A stretch of DNA of 63,865 bases, filler included, from Octopus bimaculoides (lineage: Eukaryota): assembly GCF_001194135.2 (NCBI RefSeq). It is 7 parts of 7 records of this genome, joined end to end, with 100 filler letters (N's around TTAATTAATTAA, not from the genome) between each part and the next. Parts side by side here need not be neighbours in the genome. Positions count along the whole stretch, not along the records: positions 11,781 to 29,751 come from NC_069007.1; 6 more parts are not named here. One strand, written 5' to 3'. A model generated the notes under the pieces. It was given only the letters and a program-made list of their open reading frames with translations. It was not told the DNA's origin and made no database searches. Positions 11,781-24,860 of this stretch are shown piece after piece. The position numbers and the translations under genes were made by a program. How positions within the stretch are numbered: the first letter of the stretch is position 1; each line of letters begins with the position of its first letter.

Positions 11781-12099
11781 TATATATATATAGATATATA
11801 TATATATGTATGTATTATGCATGTATATAAATGCATCTTGGCCCGTACTCTCTCGCTCGCTACTATTCACCTTCTCTTTTTGCCTTTCTGCGTTATCTTC
11901 TATTATCTTCCTCTTTCGGTGTTTTGAATTTTGTTTTTTGTTTTTTTTTTCTCGTTTAATTCTTTCTTTGTTTTCCTCTTTTCTTTTGTCTTTCGCTGTA
12001 TTTTCTTCCTCTGCAACTTATTACTTGTTTCCCCATCAATTTCCCTCTCTGTCTCTCTCACTCTTACTCTCTCTCTATCACACTCACCATCTCTCTCTC

Positions 12100-12130
12100 T
12101 CTCACTCTGACTCTTTCTTTCTCACTCTCC

Positions 12131-12200
<70 letters not shown>

Positions 12201-12478
12201 CTTTTCTCTCTTTATTTTTCTTCATCTCTCCACCTCTCTCTGCAAGGCATCCTCTCATTTCTCACCCTCTCTCCTTCAATTGCCATCTCTTTTCCTAACT
12301 CTTTCTCACTTTCCTTCTCTCTACTTTCAAATTTAGATCTACGAGGTGAACATTAAGTAGTCTTTTTAAAATGCAGCACAAGAACCACTTCTTTACACAC
12401 ACACACACACATACAACTATGCACATCTATATACAGACACACACACATACACACACACATACACACACACACACACAT

Positions 12479-12516
<38 letters not shown>

Positions 12517-12580
12517 TTGTGTGTGTGTATACGTATATACATGTGTATATATCATATATATATGTGTGTGTTTATAAATG

Positions 12581-12617
<37 letters not shown>

Positions 12618-12800
12618 GTGTATATATATACCTGTATATATATGCGTGTGTGTATGTGTGTGTGCTTACAAATATATGCCATATATATATATACACACAT
12701 TATATACATATTATACGCTACATATACTTGCATAATTACACATATGCGTATATACATTTATAGTTTGATATACATATACATACATATATATATNNNNNNN
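12100..12800. repeat. (CT)n, (CA)n and (AT)n microsatellites
   Basis: Direct reading. Confidence 0.95.
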
Positions 12801-13074
12801 NNNCTCGGTGGATTTTGCACTACATTTCTGATATATATAATGTTTTTCTATGCTGCTATCGATATCTTTTCGAAGCACTTTCATTTATATGATCTTTTAA
12901 CGGATTTACCTATTTACCTCGCTATCCAACCATTTGCATATCTCTATCCACACCTCTGTCAACCTATTCCTCTATTCCTCTATTCTGCTCCACCAGTGCT
13001 ATCATTCTCTGAAGCCGTTTATTTATCATCTTGTTTTTGTTTTTTTGTTTTATGGATTGCTCGTCTTTACTTTT

Positions 13075-13260
13075 TAGTTGTTTCAGTAATTTGGACTGCA
13101 GCCATTCAGGAGCACCAACTCGAAGTGTTAATGCCGAACAAATCGCCCGAAGCACTTGGAGTGTTTGTTCTTTTTTTTTAATTTTCTAATCTCGTACTTA
13201 GTCTCGTGACCTTCTTTGCCAAACCGCTATGCTACGAGTACGTAAACAAACCAAGCGATG
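13075..13260 (-). mobile_element. Decayed SINE B/C tail
   Basis: GACTGCAGCCATTCAGGAGCACC and TTTGCCAAACCGCT match the reverse tail of the family. Confidence 0.65.
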
Positions 13261-13454
13261 AAGGGCGGGACAAACACAAGCACTAAGTGTTTGCAAGTCT
13301 ATTACGGGTCTGAAGAGACATATCGCAGTATATTAATATCGTGACGCAGAAAGTGATGCGATCGCTCCAAGGAAACTTACAACTTCCGTGTCTCACCAAT
13401 AAGGGAATGCAGCAAGGATCCTGGTTCTCGGTAAAAGAAAAAAGAAACAGGAGG

Positions 13455-13575
13455 CTCAGTTAATTGTGTTTTTATTGAACATATTCCCCTTATTGCAGCG
13501 GTCCTTCTTTTCTACTAATGCTTTTAAAAGAATTCGGAACTTTTGGCCTCCTACTAGGCCTTTTCGGGAACTTTT
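13455..13575 (-). mobile_element. Mariner 3' relic (same family as 51746-51966)
   Basis: Reverse complement AAGGCCTAGTAGGAGGCC...GAAGGACCGCTGCAATAAGGGGAATATGTTCAATAAAA aligns to 51790-51900. Confidence 0.65.
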
Positions 13576-13999
13576 TAGCCCCGCCCCTCTCCCCGAGCTT
13601 CAAATCTTGCACACTGAGAGGTCATATGACTATATATATATGTATATGGTGATTACTCCATTTTCACACATGATTTTCGTCTCTCAGAGCCTCCATGTCT
13701 ATAATGGATGCCAATGTTGACATTCTGCCTGCTTTAAAGCATATATGACAGGCAAACGCTCTAAACCTCTGCTGAATATGATATATGATCCCTGTGAACT
13801 GCCACATGTCTCATCAGACCCCGAAATCCAATTGCAGGCCCTTTCACATGCTGCATACGTACAATCACCAGGTGTTGGAGAAAGAACATTTCATACATCT
13901 ATATTTTCAAGGGACTTTAAATGGTTGATATACCCAGCCTTAGAAAGAGGTATACGGCCAACCGTTGTACATCCCCAGCATTCAGGTCCTGACGACAGC

Positions 14000-14148
14000 T
14001 ACGAAGCCAGTTTCCGTCTACTAAATTCACCCCCAAGGCTTCTGTAAAATAAACGTCCTCAATATGCGTCTTCAATGTGGAACTGAACTGGGAACCTTGT
14101 AATTTGAACATGAGCTTCTTAACCACACAACAATTCCTTTGCACAAAT
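14000..14148 (-). mobile_element. Decayed SINE B head
   Basis: Reverse complement GTGTGGTTAAGAAGCTC...GGTTCCCAGTTCAGTTCCAC...GAATTTAGTAGACGGAAACTG. Confidence 0.65.
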
Positions 14149-15514
14149 ATTTATGACTTGAAATGGTTTATTTAGTCTTTTATCTCTCTAATTTCAATCA
14201 ATATATTTTTTGTTACTTTATATTTTTATATTTTTTTTATTATTTCTATGCACAAAGTAATATATTATTTTGTTTTTGCTCCATGAATATTTGATGGCCC
14301 TTAATCTTAGAAAACCTCGAAATCAGAACCTTGATGGCCGTAGGTAAACCTCCAAATTCATTAGAGGTGAAGCTATATTCTAATTTATCGATTTCCAACT
14401 TTAAGTGGCTATTATTCTATTCTCATATGACAGGTAACTTTTCATGTATTATTTTGCCACCATCAGTAAAATCACGAGAATATATCACACATAAAATAAC
14501 TTTTATTTAACCTTCATCAAATTTCTTGACTCTTATACAGACGGCTTCGGACGTGCCGGCCGGGAAACCTTCACCATGATCGGNNNNNNNNNNNNNNNNN
14601 NNNNNNNNNNNNNNNNNNNNNNNNNNNNNNNNNNNNNNNNNNNNNNNNNNNNNNNNTATATATATATATATATATATATATTCAAAGAGAGAAAGAAAAA
14701 GAGAGACAGAGCATAGTAAGGTAGCAACTCTTTCTGTTCATAGTGGGACACACGTTTATCGTTTCCTTGTTGGTCATCACTTTATCTGTGGAAGAAAATC
14801 GATGACGGGTATTTGACGAAAAAGTTTGATAGGAATTGCTGTTGAGATATGGGCAACACCATGCTTAAATTAATCGAACGAATCAACGGCGCCCCATACG
14901 ATAAAATCAAAACTTATTAAGTAGACAGACATGCCTGCGACTATGTCTACATGTGGAAAAAAACACAGGAAAGCAACAAGTAAATTGGTATGTCCATTGA
15001 TGAAACAAATTTTAATGTAGGTCGGCACGATCAAAACGATTACCTAGAGGCTACACATTTACAAACATAAGAAATAACAAAATAAAAATTCGACTCTAAA
15101 ACCACTTGAGAATCTGTGCACCATTTTGTATTTTATTTATCTCTATTCGTTCTTTTGTTTCGTTTTTATTTTGTTTTCTTTTTGGCCTCACTAAATGGTA
15201 AATGGATGAAGAATGGGAAACATTTTGTGGTAAATTTAATTTCGTAATGGTCCTAGGTATCGATCTCGCACAAAAATTAGACACACATATACATACATGC
15301 ACAAACGTACGCCAGCATGCGCACACGCATACGCATGCAGGCATACACATACAATTGTATGCAAATATGTATGTGTGTGTATAGGTAGAGAGAGTGGGAG
15401 AGAGAGAAGGAGAGAGACAGAATGAACTTTGAGAAGATGCGATAGACAGAAAAATTAGTATCTAACTAGATATCAGGTGTATTTATTTAATGTATACACA
15501 CAAACACACAATAT

Positions 15515-15547
<33 letters not shown>

Positions 15548-15645
15548 AGTATGTGTATATATATGCATATGCATATATATATGTGTGTGTACATATGTAT
15601 ATATATAAGTATGCATATGTATATATGTAAGTATACATATGTATG

Positions 15646-15677
<32 letters not shown>

Positions 15678-18600
15678 CACATATATACATATGTAGATAT
15701 GTACGTATACATACATATATTTACATATACGTGTGTGTGCGTGTGTGTGTGTTGAAGGAGGTGCCCCATAATCGTAGCAGCAGACTTCTGGCTGAAATAA
15801 GTAAACGATAAAAGTTAAAAGTAATATGTGTAACTAGATAGATATATTGATTGATAGGAAGGTAGGTAGGTANNNNNNNNNNNNNNNNNNNNNNNNNNNN
15901 NNNNNNNNNNNNNNNNNNNNNNNNNNNNNNNNNNNNNNNNNNNNNNNNNNNNNNNNNNNNNNNNNNNNNNNNNNNNNNNNNNNNNNNNNNNNNNNNNNNN
16001 NNNNNNNNNNNNNNNNNNNNNNNNNNNNNNNNNNNNNNNNNNNNNNNNNNNNNNNNNNNNNNNNNNNNNNNNNNNNNNNNNNNNNNNNNNNNNNNNNNNN
16101 NNNNNNNNNNNNNNNNNNNNNNNNNNNNNNNNNNNNNNNNNNNNNNNNNNNNNNNNNNNNNNNNNNNNNNNNNNNNNNNNNNNNNNNNNNNNNNNNNNNN
16201 NNNNNNNNNNNNNNNNNNNNNNNNNNNNNNNNNNNNNNNNNNNNNNNNNNNNNNNNNNNNNNNNNNNNNNNNNNNNNNNNNNNNNNNNNNNNNNNNNNNN
16301 NNNNNNNNNNNNNNNNNNNNNNNNNNNNNNNNNNNNNNNNNNNNNNNNNNNNNNNNNNNNNNNNNNNNNNNNNNNNNNNNNNNNNNNNNNNNNNNNNNNN
16401 NNNNNNNNNNNNNNNNNNNNNNNNNNNNNNNNNNNNNNNNNNNNNNNNNNNNNNNNNNNNNNNNNNNNNNNNNNNNNNNNNNNNNNNNNNNNNNNNNNNN
16501 NNNNNNNNNNNNNNNNNNNNNNNNNNNNNNNNNNNNNNNNNNNNNNNNNNNNNNNNNNNNNNNNTATATATACACACACATATATGTATATACGCTTGCA
16601 CATGTATACACAGAGTGAGAGACACATATATGTATGTATACCTACACGCTTGCATATAAACGCATACACGCAGTAAAGGCGAACAACAGTTAATTAAATT
16701 ACTTACACGTTAAATTCTTCGTTTATGGAAATATCTCTCTGCTTCTAAAGAAGGTTGCTTACGTTTGGGACCAATTGCAAATGCTAAGGGTAGATAGCCA
16801 CAAGAATAAAACGCTTTGCAAGCAAAGTGACGGTATTAAAGAAATGAAGCTGATTATTTGAAAACAAAAATTGGTCGGTTTCGGATTGTTGATTCTGCCA
16901 TAATCAGCGTCATTTGCACACCAGTTACTCAACTATTATAGAACAGAAGAAAATAACTGGACACATCATAAAATAGTCTACAACATAAATAGACTGCAAC
17001 AATTTTATTAGTTGTTTGAATTGCTTGACCGAAATGCACCAAGGGAGATAACTCCGAGTAGTAAGTAGCAAGCATAGCGGGAGGACAGACGCATAAAGGT
17101 ATATCAAATACCATACAACGCCACTTTGGGATTTATTACAGTTATATTCGCTTTTAAAGAAAGAAAGAAAAAGCAATTGCATAGTAGGGATACGCAGTGT
17201 TGAAAATAAGATTTCAAGTATCAAGTGTCGCCTAAACCTTCACATACAAAGGCAAAAGGCATCTACTGATACGGAGGTGTACGCACAGTTGCGAACACGT
17301 GTATGTCAGTGCGTGTATGTGAGTGACGAAGATCTGCTGGAATATGCAATATACTCGAACCCATATTATTATCGTTAATTTTAAATGCTTTAGGTAGAAC
17401 GATGGTGGTAATGATAATTACTGGGGTTATAGACGCGGCATAATACAAGCACGTTATATNNNNNNNNNNNNNNNNNNNNNNNNNNNNNNNNNNNNNNNNN
17501 NNNNNNNNNNNNNNNNNNNNNNNNNNNNNNNNNNNNNNNNNNNNNNNNNNNNNNNNNNNNNNNNNNNNNNNNNNNNNNNNNNNNNNNNNNNNNNNNNNNN
17601 NNNNNNNNNNNNNNNNNNNNNNNNNNNNNNNNNNNNNNNNNNNNNNNNNNNNNNNNNNNNNNNNNNNNNNNNNNNNNNNNNNNNNNNNNNNNNNNNNNNN
17701 NNNNNNNNNNNNNNNNNNNNNNNNNAAATCAAAAATAAGCAACACGGATTTCAAAAGATGATTGCAGTACGCAAGATGGATTTATGTATTCTTTCTCCCA
17801 CTTGGATTTGAAATGTTGCCACAATTATAATATGTCTATTCTACTGTAATTTTCTGCATTTTCGTGCAGCTGAAGATTGCTCTTCATATTGCATTTAATG
17901 TAATGCTTGCATTACTTAAATAAATGGAGTAGCATGAAACGTGCGTACTGCAATCATCTTTTGAAATCCGTGTTGCTTATTTTTGATTTATATATATGTG
18001 TGTATGTATATACATGTGCACGTGTATATACAAATAAAGAGAGAGATGGGATCTCAATAGCAACCCTCGTGGGAACCCCACGAACAACTCATGAAATGAT
18101 GATTCAACGCAACAAGGAAAGAATTAACGGCGAGAATGAAGCTATAGCTGATCATGGTGAAGGTTTCCCGCCCCGCACGTCCGAAACCGTCTGTGTCAGG
18201 GGCAGGGATATAGCGTCGGATGGTCGTTATGTTACATCAGATCACAAAATACGCTGTGCGCAAAAGCAGACATACGTGGACGAAGGAAGTGTATGATGCA
18301 CTTATTGAAAGAGCCACGCTGGAAAGAAGTCTCGGAGTAGGCCGACGTACCTTGAAATTTTGGATGGAAAAGGACATGAGTCCAATGTGAGTGAATAAAT
18401 TTATGAACCAAGTGAGAGTAATTAGGAATAGTGAGAGTAATTAGGAATAGTGAGAGTCTGAGAGACCCTGTAGATGGGCTACACGGGATGGTCGGAGTTG
18501 AAAACAGAGAGATAGGAGTTGAAAGCACGAAGAAGGGTAGACAAGAGGAACAGGGGAATGGTAATGGGAAGGAGGAACGGGAAAATTTGAGGAAGATCCC

Positions 18601-20870
18601 TTACAGCTGTTTCAGTTCCAGACCTTCAGACAATTAATGAATAAAATTCGCAATTATTTGAGAGTCGAATCTCTACATAGATCCGACTCTCTTCAGAGGT
18701 AGTTTAAGATGTTCAAAATAGGTGCTCAATACCTGCATGTTGAGTAAATGGTTGCAAACCGTTAACGGATGGCAGCCGTTTGTTCAATACAAACACACAT
18801 ACGCACGCACACACACACAAACACAGAAGAGATACACACACATGCATGCATANNNNNNNNNNNNNNNNNNNNNNNNNNNNNNNNNNNNNNNNNNNNNNNN
18901 NNNNNNNNNNNNNNNNNNNNNNNNNNNNNNNNNNNNNNNNNNNNNNNNNNNNNNNNNNNNNNNNNNNNNNNNNNNNNNNNNNNNNNNNNNNNNNNNNNNN
19001 NNNNNNNNNNNNNNNNNNNNNNNNNNNNNNNNNNNNNNNNNNNNNNNNNNNNNNNNNNNNNNNNNNNNNNNNNNNNNNNNNNNNNNNNNNNNNNNNNNNN
19101 NNNNNNNNNNNNNNNNNNNNNNNNNNNNNNNNNNNNNNNNNNNNNNNNNNNNNNNNNNNNNNNNNNNNNNNNNNNNNNNNNNNNNNNNNNNNNNNNNNNN
19201 NNNNNNNNNNNNNNNNNNNNNNNNNNNNNNNNNNNNNNNNNNNNNNNNNNNNNNNNNNNNNNTATATATATATATATATATATATATCAATGGCAACGAC
19301 TCAACAACGAAAGTGATTCATTTACATGTATATTCATATGTGGCGGTGTCTGTATGCACACACACACGCACACACATACACATACATAATTATATGCGCG
19401 TGTCAATATATACATATGTGTGTTTGCGTGTCTGCGTATGTTATTCTAGTTACAGTCTCTCTAGACATGTTTTAACACTGATTTATTTGACATGATTGTT
19501 AATTATTTTCTGTGTAAACACAGTCGCCTTATTAGGAAATACTGTTCACTTATTTGATTAGCACCATCGTATTTATGTCATTTCGTATACATATATCTGT
19601 ATGTATGTATGTATGTATGCCTATATAATTGCGCCTGTGTCTATGCGTATCCATATGTGATTATAAATATATATATACACATTTACATGTGTATGTATAT
19701 AAGGGTGTATATATATACTTATATATACGTATTTACATATATGTATATACACGTAAATATATATTTGCGTGTGTGTGTGTGATTGTGCGTGTGTGTCTTA
19801 TCTGAATATTCTGTATATATACTTATATGTATCCTATTATATACATTATTTTCTCATATTATACATATATGTTTTTTTTTTGCGTCTTTATTTCTTGTTT
19901 CTTTGCTGCTTTTTTTTTCTGAAACGTGAAATTGGTCGATCACGTCAGTAGAATTTTTCACACAAATATTAACGCCATCTGAAAATTCCACTAACTTCGA
20001 TAAAATTTCATCTGACTTCTATACACACGTTTAGTATATTTTGAAAAATATTTGCAGATATGTATTGTTTAATATTAATATTTCCTTGTTGGAAATGTGA
20101 AAGAAAGAGAAATTGAAAAAAAAAAATGTAAAGAAGAGTACAGAGCCTTAAAAAAATGTTTATCATTGAAACAGTAGTGTATGAAGAAAAGTCTGAAAAC
20201 AGCAATAGGGTATAACTATTAAAAGGATTTTAAAGAATAAATCGGTCTAAATTTAGAAATCCATTATTTAATTTCGCCTCGGTTAGAAAGATCCTATTTC
20301 TTTGACTAATCTTTTACCGAATTCTATAAAAATCAATACATTTTCGCATTATTGAAATAATTCTTTGCGGGTTTTCCCTCGTAGTAATCCAAACATACAT
20401 TCGTCTACAGCTAATTGCACAGATTACATTCTGTAGACATTAANNNNNNNNNNNNNNNNNNNNNNNNNNNNNNNNNNNNNNNNNNNNNNNNNNNNNNNNN
20501 NNNNNNNNNNNNNNNNNNNNNNNNNNNNNNNNNNNNNNNNNNNNNNNNNNNNNNNNNNNNNNNNNNNNNNNNNNNNNNNNNNNNNNNNNNNNNNNNNNNN
20601 NNNNNNNNNNNNNNNNNNNNNNNNNNNNNNNNNNNNNNNNNNNNNNNNNNNNNNNNNNNNNNNNNNNNNNNNNNNNNNNNNNNNNNNNNNNNNNNNNNNN
20701 NNNNNNNNNNNNNNNNNNNNNNNNNNNNNNNNNNNNNNNNNNNNNNNNNNNNNNNNNNNNNNNNNNNNNNNNNNNNNNNNNNNNNNNNNNNACCGAATAG
20801 GAAACAACTGCTACTCAGAGTGTAAAAATATTCCCGCAGGTTTGTCTCGGCTCTGCGTTTGGTTTTTTTC

Positions 20871-20920
20871 TTTTTGTGGCTGATGAGAAATGACATGTCG
20901 AAACACCGGCGTCCAAAAAC
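20871..20920 (+). ncRNA. Type I hammerhead-ribozyme-like motif (slightly decayed)
   Basis: CTGATGA (20880-20886); stem II GAAAT-GAC-ATGTC; GAAA (20900-20903); near-palindromic stem III ACACCGGCGT; GTC triplet (20911-20913); TTTTTG/CAAAAA stem I with a 3-nt bulge. Confidence 0.6.
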
Positions 20921-23535
20921 CCCATGCGTCTGTGAGCAAGTTGTGTTCAACACACTATAGTCGTAAAAAGAAATTATTCTCAAATGACAGCCACAACATC
21001 GACCAGAGCACCTTACATCTGAACTTGCCGCAAACGGCTAAGAATAAACATGTGAGTGACCGTAATGTATCCAATAGTTTTGTTTTTAAAATATTTAAAT
21101 GATTAATATTTGATTGTGATTTAGGACTACGTTAACTCCTTCTAGTCTAAATTCCCATCCATTATTTCCATTTTCATTTCTATAACCGCATGTTCACTTC
21201 AAGTCATTTCCTTTCCCCTCGTCTCTCACCTTGATTATTTTAATATCGCAGAAACAAGTAAGTAATACCGCACAAAGCAGCATTGAATAATGTCATATTC
21301 AACACATAAGAGTGCATTCGAACATGAGGAGACCTTACGCTACGAAATACTTCTACACGAAAAGTATCTTGCTTGAGGTGAATGAAGACGCACTGTAGGT
21401 TGTGTAAGACGTCATTTTGTTGCAGGATGCATGCAATATGTATTAGTATAGTCTGTCAAAGTATTGAGTATTTCCCGCTCGATGTGTTGGAGTAAATATT
21501 TGAAAGCTGTTCCCAAAATGTCTAAAATTTGATGCATAAAACAAACAGCACACGAATAAAATATGTTACAGAGAATCATACGTACTTTAAGCCAAGATTA
21601 AAAAGTTGAACTTATATCAATCAGCAACAATACACGTATTTATGTTGATTAGCGTTAAAGTTGGACTATATAAAATCTTACTTTGTCACGCAGAATACAT
21701 GACAATCTCACAAACTTTGAAAATGCTATCGGTAAGAGTAACTGTTAAATTATAGCAGTTTTGAATTTAGTATGTAACTTTTTTATCCTTCTGCTACGTA
21801 AATTGAAGTTCTGCGATATATTTATATCTATTACAAACGACCAAGTGACCGTCATCATTNNNNNNNNNNNNNNNNNNNNNNNNNNNNNNNNNNNNNNNNN
21901 NNNNNNNNNNNNNNNNNNNNNNNNNNNNNNNNNNNNNNNNNNNNNNNNNNNNNNNNNNNNNNNNNNNNNNNNNNNNNNNNNNNNNNNNNNNNNNNNNNNN
22001 NNNNNNNNNNNNNNNNNNNNNNNNNNNNNNNNNNNNNNNNNNNNNNNNNNNNNNNNNNNNNNNNNNNNNNNNNNNNNNNNNNNNNNNNNNNNNNNNNNNN
22101 NNNNNNNNNNNNNNNNNNNNNNNNNNNNNNNNNNNNNNNNNNNNNNNNNNNNNNNNNNNNNNNNNNNNNNNNNNNNNNNNNNNNNNNNNNNNNNNNNNNN
22201 NNNNNNNNNNNNNNNNNNNNNNNNNNNNNNNNNNNNNNNNNNNNNNNNNNNNNNNNNNNNNNNNNNNNNNNNNNNNNNNNNNNNNNNNNNNNNNNNNNNN
22301 NNNNNNNNNNNNNNNNNNNNNNNNNNNNNNNNNNNNNNNNNNNNNNNNNNNNNNNNNNNNNNNNNNNNNNNNNNNNNNNNNNNNNNNNNNNNNNNNNNNN
22401 NNNNNNNNNNNNNNNNNNNNNNNNNNNNNNNNNNNNNNNNNNNNNNNNNNNNNNNNNNNNNNNNNNNNNNNNNNNNNNNNNNNNNNNNNNNNNNNNNNNN
22501 NNNNNNNNNNNNNNNNNNNNNNNNNNNNNNNNNNNNNNNNNNNNNNNNNNNNNNNNNNNNNNNNNNNNNNNNNNNNNNGTATGTATGTATGTATACACAT
22601 ACATACATATCAATGAGGAGGTGCGTGTGAATTCTCATAGAAATACTTGAATGTTTTAAAACAAAGTGAGGTCACATATATATGCATATATATATATATG
22701 TGTATATATATATATGTATGTGTGTGTGTCTGTGTGTGTGTGCGTGTGTGTGTGCATATATATTATACAGCGTACATACACGTCATGTAACAATAAAGAC
22801 GTCAGTTATCCAACGAATTTGAATATATTTTCTTCACAATTCATGAGAACAAAAACAATGCCGATCAACAACATGAAAGTCTGGATGATGAATTTTCATA
22901 TGTGATAGTCATTATTGGCGGGCGTAATTTTGTCTGTTATGCATTTTGAATTAATGATGAAGGGAAACGCAGAGACTACAGTCAATGATATACAGTTTTG
23001 CTTATAGATGGTGCTACAACAGAACCACAGCCATTCAGGTCATACAAGTAATGGAGTATATAAGCAAAAGTGCCTAGGGTTGTTAGTGTCTATGAGAGAT
23101 AACATTTGTAATTGTGAGCGTGTATGTTTCTCTATGTGTACGTGTCGCTATATACGTTTGTTCGTGTATATGCATACTTGGGTTTGCGTTAATGAAGCTG
23201 TTTCTGTACGTTGTTGAATCACTGGTATATCTAATCAATATTCCGTCCGCTCCTTAACGCATTCTGCTTCACCTCTCTCATGTGGACATGTAGTTGTTCC
23301 AATTGTCCCTTGCTGAAACATGAGGAAATGAGAGCAGGTGATGCAACGTCATCCTATAACCATACATCAAGCAACCGGAAACTGTTAGACTGAATCTCCC
23401 TCTAGCATGAGAGAGGATCTAGTTCATTTTTTTCCCTGTTGTAAAATGTATTTTTGTTGGTTTCTCTTCGTTTACTGTATTTGATTTTCCAGATTTTATA
23501 TTTGTATGTTGAAATTGTTGTCTGGTATATATATA

Positions 23536-24405
23536 CTATTGCTCTCAGCTATGGTCACCAACCAGTGTCAAATTAATCTCAGAGCTTGAGGCAATCCAAT
23601 GAAGCTACACGAAGAAGATAGCCTCTATGCAGCATATNNNNNNNNNNGAAGAAGATAGCCTCTATGCAGCATATAAGCTATTGGGAAAGACTCAAGAGAT
23701 TAAGACTCTATTCCTTAGAGCGTAGACGAGAAAGATATGCCATAATATACGTATGGAAGATCCTCGAAGGAATTGTCCCAAACGTTGGCATTGAAAGTTA
23801 CACAAATAAAAGAACTGGACGCCATTGCATAGTGCCAAGGACTTCAAATTTGCCATCAAGATGTAGGACAAGATACTGCAATAGCCTGGGCTTCAAAGGT
23901 CCACAGCTCTTCAATATCCTCCCGAAGGACCTGAGAGACCTGCATGCGGTGGATGTAGGTGTCTTCAAGACAAGGCTGGACCTCTTCCTGTCAGGTGTCC
24001 CAGATGAACCAACTTCACGGCAGGACACGCAGATGAGAGCAGCTGCATCAAACTCTCTCATGCACCAAATGTCAATTCCTGAAGTAANNNNNNNNNNTAG
24101 CCTGGGCTTCAAAGGTCCACAGCTCTTCAATATCCTCCCGAAGGACCTGAGAGACCTGCATGCGGTGGATGTAGGTGTCTTCAAGACAAGGCTGGACCTC
24201 TTCCTGTCAGGTGTCCCAGATGAACCAACTTCACGGCAGGACACGCAGATGAGAGCAGCTGCATCAAACTCTCTCATGCACCAAATGTCAATTCCTGAAG
24301 TAAAATTCATGAAGTAAAATTGTGTAGCAACACCAAATGGCGGTGCCCCAGCATGGCCACAGCTCATGAGCTGAAACTAGATAAAATGAAATGAAAAGAA
24401 TGAAA
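23536..24405 (+). mobile_element. CR1-group LINE 3' fragment (ORF2 C-terminus plus 3' UTR)
   Basis: YCSQLWSP...LEAIQ*SYTKKI...SYWERLKRLRLYSLERRRERY...KGPQLFNILPK...FKTRLDLFLSGVPDEP; one stop. Internal duplications at two 10-N gaps look like assembly artefacts. Confidence 0.9.
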
Positions 24406-24614
24406 ATACATATATGCGTGTGCGCATTTGTGCGTGTGTGGAATTTGCTAAAGTCGAGCCAGTCCTTACTGAGGAGGTAATCGAGATTGCCGAAGCTGAC
24501 CGATCAGTATAAGGAATTTTTCGATCGATGTTTCGGGGGGATTATAGACCCCATCATTGTATATGTATACAAAATGAGCTTTGACTGCAGCATTAGAGCA
24601 TTTTAGCACCTATT

Positions 24615-24860
24615 TGTAGCGATGTCCAAATCTTTTCTCCGCTTGATGCTGGCTACTCGAAGAAGTGGCTTCCTTCATGCTACTCTGCCATAGTAATCAA
24701 GCTCGTGGAGATACCTGACAGCTATTCTGGGACTGACATCAACTTGTGTCTCCCATGTCAGAGCCCTTGCAACGAGGATTGTCATCCACATTTCTCTTAG
24801 CAAAAAGAAGGATCCGTCAGAGGGCTCCGGTTGATCTGTACGAGGAGATGTCGACCCCAT
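24615..24860 (-). mobile_element. Tc1-like transposase relic
   Basis: VDVSPRIAVRYLHELDYYGRVA*RKPLLRVASIKRRKDLDIA matches the Tc1 HTH-linker motif GRVARKKPLL. Confidence 0.65.

Noticed and set aside
14537-14570. HDV-like ribozyme suggested by GGCCGGC
   Set aside because: No nested P2/P3/P1.1 pairing could be built.
15721-16669. Long ORFs (200-450 aa) here and at 21745, 26156, 30232, 46042, 53756, 55836, 59935
   Set aside because: They read through N-runs and microsatellites and carry no real coding information.
16869-16912. Minus-strand CTGATTA...GAAACCGAC hammerhead-like string (similar weak ones near 24530, 53458, 57690)
   Set aside because: Two or more core positions are wrong and stems I/II are poor; indistinguishable from chance.
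18465-18476. ACCCTGTAGAT (miR-10-like) and TAGCACCAT near 19558 (miR-29-like)
   Set aside because: Matches are only 9-11 nt and there is no precursor hairpin.
23882-24303. Exact 206-bp tandem duplication in the LINE (also 27 bp at 23611/23648, and the repeat near 25200-25374)
   Set aside because: Identical copies sit at gap edges (10-N gaps in the LINE cases), typical of unmerged contig overlap.
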